64,000 nt of DNA from Convolutriloba macropyga (taxonomy: Eukaryota), in contig NC_134473.1 of NCBI RefSeq assembly GCF_964194025.1, positions 65,782,001-65,846,000 of the forward strand. Direction: 5' to 3'. This document shows positions 60,601-64,000 of the stretch, one piece after another; position 1 is the first letter of the stretch, and each line of letters starts with the position of its first letter. Below the pieces are notes generated by a model. The model was given only the letters and a program-made list of their open reading frames with translations. It ran no database searches and had not been told where the DNA came from. The position numbers and the translations under genes were made by a program.

Positions 60601-63444
60601 GCAATTTTTTTTCGTGCAAGTAACTTAAGTATTATTATCGTTTCAGAACTGATTTTTTTAATTGTAACTTTTATGGCAAGGTGAACACCTTTGTCCATCT
60701 TTGAAGAACGAATATGTGCATGACAACAATTTGATAACCAAAATGCATGCATTGAGTGCAGCTTTTCGGCTGATCTTTATATGATTTTGTTTTGAATAAT
60801 TTAATGGATTTGTTGTAGTATTTAGACACCCAGCATTGTGGGTTGAAATTTTTCGCGCCCCATGCGTACCATTCTTAGTACTTCGCAGTATTGTGCTATA
60901 TAACAACTCGTAAATTGTATTTGAGTGTATTAAACAGGAGTCGGGGTGATTTTAAGATCGACTGTTTAGACTTGACACGAGTTTCAAAGATTTTGTCACA
61001 CAGAAGGACATCTCAGATCTACATTACGAAGACGAGATTCTCAATTTACAGGTTAGATTTTGACGTCTTTTTTTCATCAAATTTTCAACTTGCATAAATT
61101 TTACGTGCATGTGAATTTCGTTATGGCAGCTGTGCTTCGAATGACTTCTGTAAAGTTGTCTAGAAAGACGTTTGTGCACTTGTTATAGAATGACTTGAGT
61201 GCGACCTCAATGGAAGTGGAGCGCATGGACAAATTCGAGAAGTTGTTCAAAGATTTAGATGAAGGTAAATTGGGCTCTTTTTCCTTTTTCGTGTTCATAA
61301 TTTTTAAGAGGATTTGAAACTTTCCCCCGTTAGAAAATGACTCTGCCTAATTGATGATTTTACACTTTTAAAACGGCGTGAGTAAATTGCAATGTATATT
61401 CTCTACCTCTCAGTAGCATTGGTTTGTTTACACACAGATATGAAAACTAAATTTTTTTTCACGGATGGGTGAACAGTTTGGAGGATTTATATGCTAGTTT
61501 AGCTCTGTCTCTAAACACAAAAAATGATCGCCACTTGAATTCAATTATATTAATTATAAAAGAGATTCAAGATCTTTCCATTGCTAAATTTTGATGCGTA
61601 CAAAAAGAACAAGTATATGTTAGAGTATAGTTCTTGGAAGCCTAAGGCAATTAGAGCTCAAAGCCGAGGGCGCTTGCGCCCGAGGCTGAGCTCGAATTGC
61701 CGAAGGTTTCCCAGAACTATACTCTAACTTATTTAGACCTCAATTTCGCTGTTCAAAACTCAGAGAATTCAATTAAAATTTATAGTAACATTGCAATTCT
61801 CGTGCAGCGAATCAATCCAACAATTGAATAATCGTTCAAACCAAATAATATTTTTTCTGAATTCCTTGATATTATTTTAGCAGCGAATGGATCGCAGAGG
61901 TCGTCAACCAGCTCTGTTGTGTCACACTCATTGTCACTTTTTATGGTTTTTAGAAAAATGAGCAATTTATAAAAAATATTTCCTTATATTGACTCAAGTA
62001 TAGACCTCAAAAAAGTCCTCTTTGCCGAAGTTTTTATATTTTGTGACTACTCCCGTTTTCAATTATCCCCTTCAATCTTCGAAAAGTGTATTCTTTGTCT
62101 CATGAGAAAAATTTGGGCTTCCAATAAAATTTTCCAAGAAACATGCCTTTAGGCTTCCAAGAATTTTTTCCAAGAAGTTTGCGCAGCTGATTACTCATTT
62201 TATGCCATTTTGTAAGGTTGAACTCTTCGAGACAAGTGTGAAAAGCGAGCGAAAAACTGATTAAGTTGAAAGTCTAGTGTGATATGAAACGTGAAATCTT
62301 GAAAAAAGGGGACGCTTTAAAAAGTATGAAATAATCACTTCCTGCTTGATCAAGTTTCAAAATTAGTGATCGAGCCTAACTTTATTGTTGATTTTCTTTA
62401 ACAGCGAAATTGAGGTCTAATATCAACTACACGTCAAATAGGCACGCACCTTCAATTGCTGCATTGGCTTCATAATTTATTTTTACTACCTATATGGATG
62501 ATTAATCTAGCTGGTAGCTTAGCGCAAGTTTTGTTGAAGTTTAAGAAACGTGTTATTAATTGCTCTCAAACGAAGTTTGTAGCAATTATATTAGTCCTGT
62601 CGGTCATTTTATGCGATTTTTTGCTCGACCGATTTTTCGTCTGTCGCCTTTGACTTTTCGTCCTCAAAATTGGGATAAAAAGGTAGCGCCCAGTGGGCAT
62701 TAAGTGCTTATAGAGCCTTTCAGCACTGTTTCAACTCAAACTGTTTTGGAGACTTATACTTATGGTGTGAAGGGCGGTTCTTAGAGGTTGAAGACACCCC
62801 GACTGTTGACCCCCCTCACTATTGCCCCCACTGTCCGCCCCCACAACGCTGTTGCCCCCCCCCCCCAACCCACTGATACCCCCACCCCCCCCCCCACCCC
62901 ACTGATACCCCCACTCCCCCGCCCCGGTGGCTACTGACGAACAACCGATCGCTAAAAACACGCAATTTTATACTAATTTTCACATTTTTTTTTCACGTTT
63001 TTTCACAATTTTTGTCGTTTTTTGAGTATTTTCAGCCCTAGGTTTTAATGAACTTTCTCTACGGTATTATAATAGTTTACTGCATAGTTTCTAGTGGTAG
63101 TGGAATGTTTTCTTTATTTTAACTTCACAAATTTTAGCAATTTTTAGAAATTTTTTGACAGACGTGCAATTTTTTTTCAATTTTTTGGACATTTGTTCTT
63201 CATTATCCGCCTCTTTCCAGACGCAGGGGCCAGAAAACATCCTTAAGCGTTTGATAATAAGTTACTGAAAAATTTTCATTTGCCATTGAAAATCAGCTTT
63301 CAATTTTTTAATATTACAATGTTTATAAAATTTTTGGAAAATGTTTGTCGGTTTTTAGTTTTCTCCAGCCTCAAGAGCCAAGAAACCTCGTCTAGGGTTT
63401 GAAAATAGGTTACTGTATAGTTTCTAGTTGTAATGGAATGTTTT
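57680..63444 (+). repeat. Near-identical tandem duplication, unit ~2879 bp
   Basis: 57680-60558 matches 60559-63444; identical ORFs are offset by 2879 (57779/60658, 58012/60891). Confidence 0.95.
58740..59542. mobile_element. Non-autonomous element with a ~110-bp terminal hairpin and 21-bp inverted repeats (second copy ~61619-62420)
   Basis: Hairpin gttagagtatagttct...agaactatactctaac at 58740-58849. ttagacctcaatttcgctgtt (58854) pairs with aacagcgaaattgaggtctaa (59522-59542). Confidence 0.7.
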
Positions 63445-64000
63445 TCAAGATTTTTTTATTAGGAATTTTTGCATTTTTTGACAAAACGTGCAAAATTTTT
63501 CAATTTTTTGGACATTTATTTTTTCATTATCCACGTCTTTCCCGACGCCGGGGCCAAAAAACTTCCTTAAGAGTTTCATAATAAATTACTGAAAAAATTA
63601 AATTTACCATTGGAATAGCTTTCAATTTTTTAATATGACAAATTTTATCAATATCTTTGATAAATTTTGCATTTTCAAGTTTTTAAAAATTTTTGTCGTG
63701 TTTTAGGTTTCTGCAGCCTCAAAAGCCACATAAATTTTTCTAGGGTTTGATTATAGGTGACTGCGTAGCTTTTAGTTGTAATGGAATTTTTTTTCTAGAT
63801 TTTGATTTCAGCAATTTTTAAAAATATTTGCAATTTTTTAAAAATTTTGAATGTTTTTGAATTTTTTGTCATTTTTTTTCCGCCTCCAGGTTCCTAGGGA
63901 CCTCCTCAAGGCTTGATGATAAGCTGTCGCATAGTTTCTAGAGTTAATGGTTATCAATTTACTAATGATTCTAGCTTTAGCACTTTTTTTGATAAAATTC
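62990..64000. repeat. AT-rich ~180/370-bp satellite-like repeat (related copies at ~560-1250 and 60110-60558)
   Basis: Recurrent ctagggtttga, ttctagttgtaatggaat and gggccagaaaac motifs. Confidence 0.65.

Overview
AT-rich, intron-containing eukaryotic (metazoan-like) genomic DNA, mostly repeats. Host genes on +: the last two exons of a NUP188-like gene (2371-3697), a 90-aa membrane-protein gene (4354-4626), and four exons of a coiled-coil gene (14787-47823). Two of those exons appear to flank a ~31-kb intron holding two large inserts. The first is a full-length 16.1-kb Polinton/Maverick (adintovirus-like) element (16149-32247) with AGTAGT...ACTACT ends, a 6-bp TSD (GACAAT) and TIRs built from ~123-bp repeats. 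It encodes an ATPase, integrase, core protein, penton and hexon (fused in frame), adenain and pPolB, with a few lesions. The second is a head-to-tail array of three decayed R2-like retrotransposons on the minus strand (~32470-45566). Each is preceded by sequence matching the 28S rDNA R2 target site, although no rDNA unit is present. One R2 copy is split by an RTE-like LINE (12-bp TSD) and carries a perfect 43-bp fold-back. The rest consists of Helentron/HINE-like elements, satellite-like repeats and a near-identical 2.88-kb tandem duplication. Homology calls come from motif recognition and recalled sequences, not database searches.
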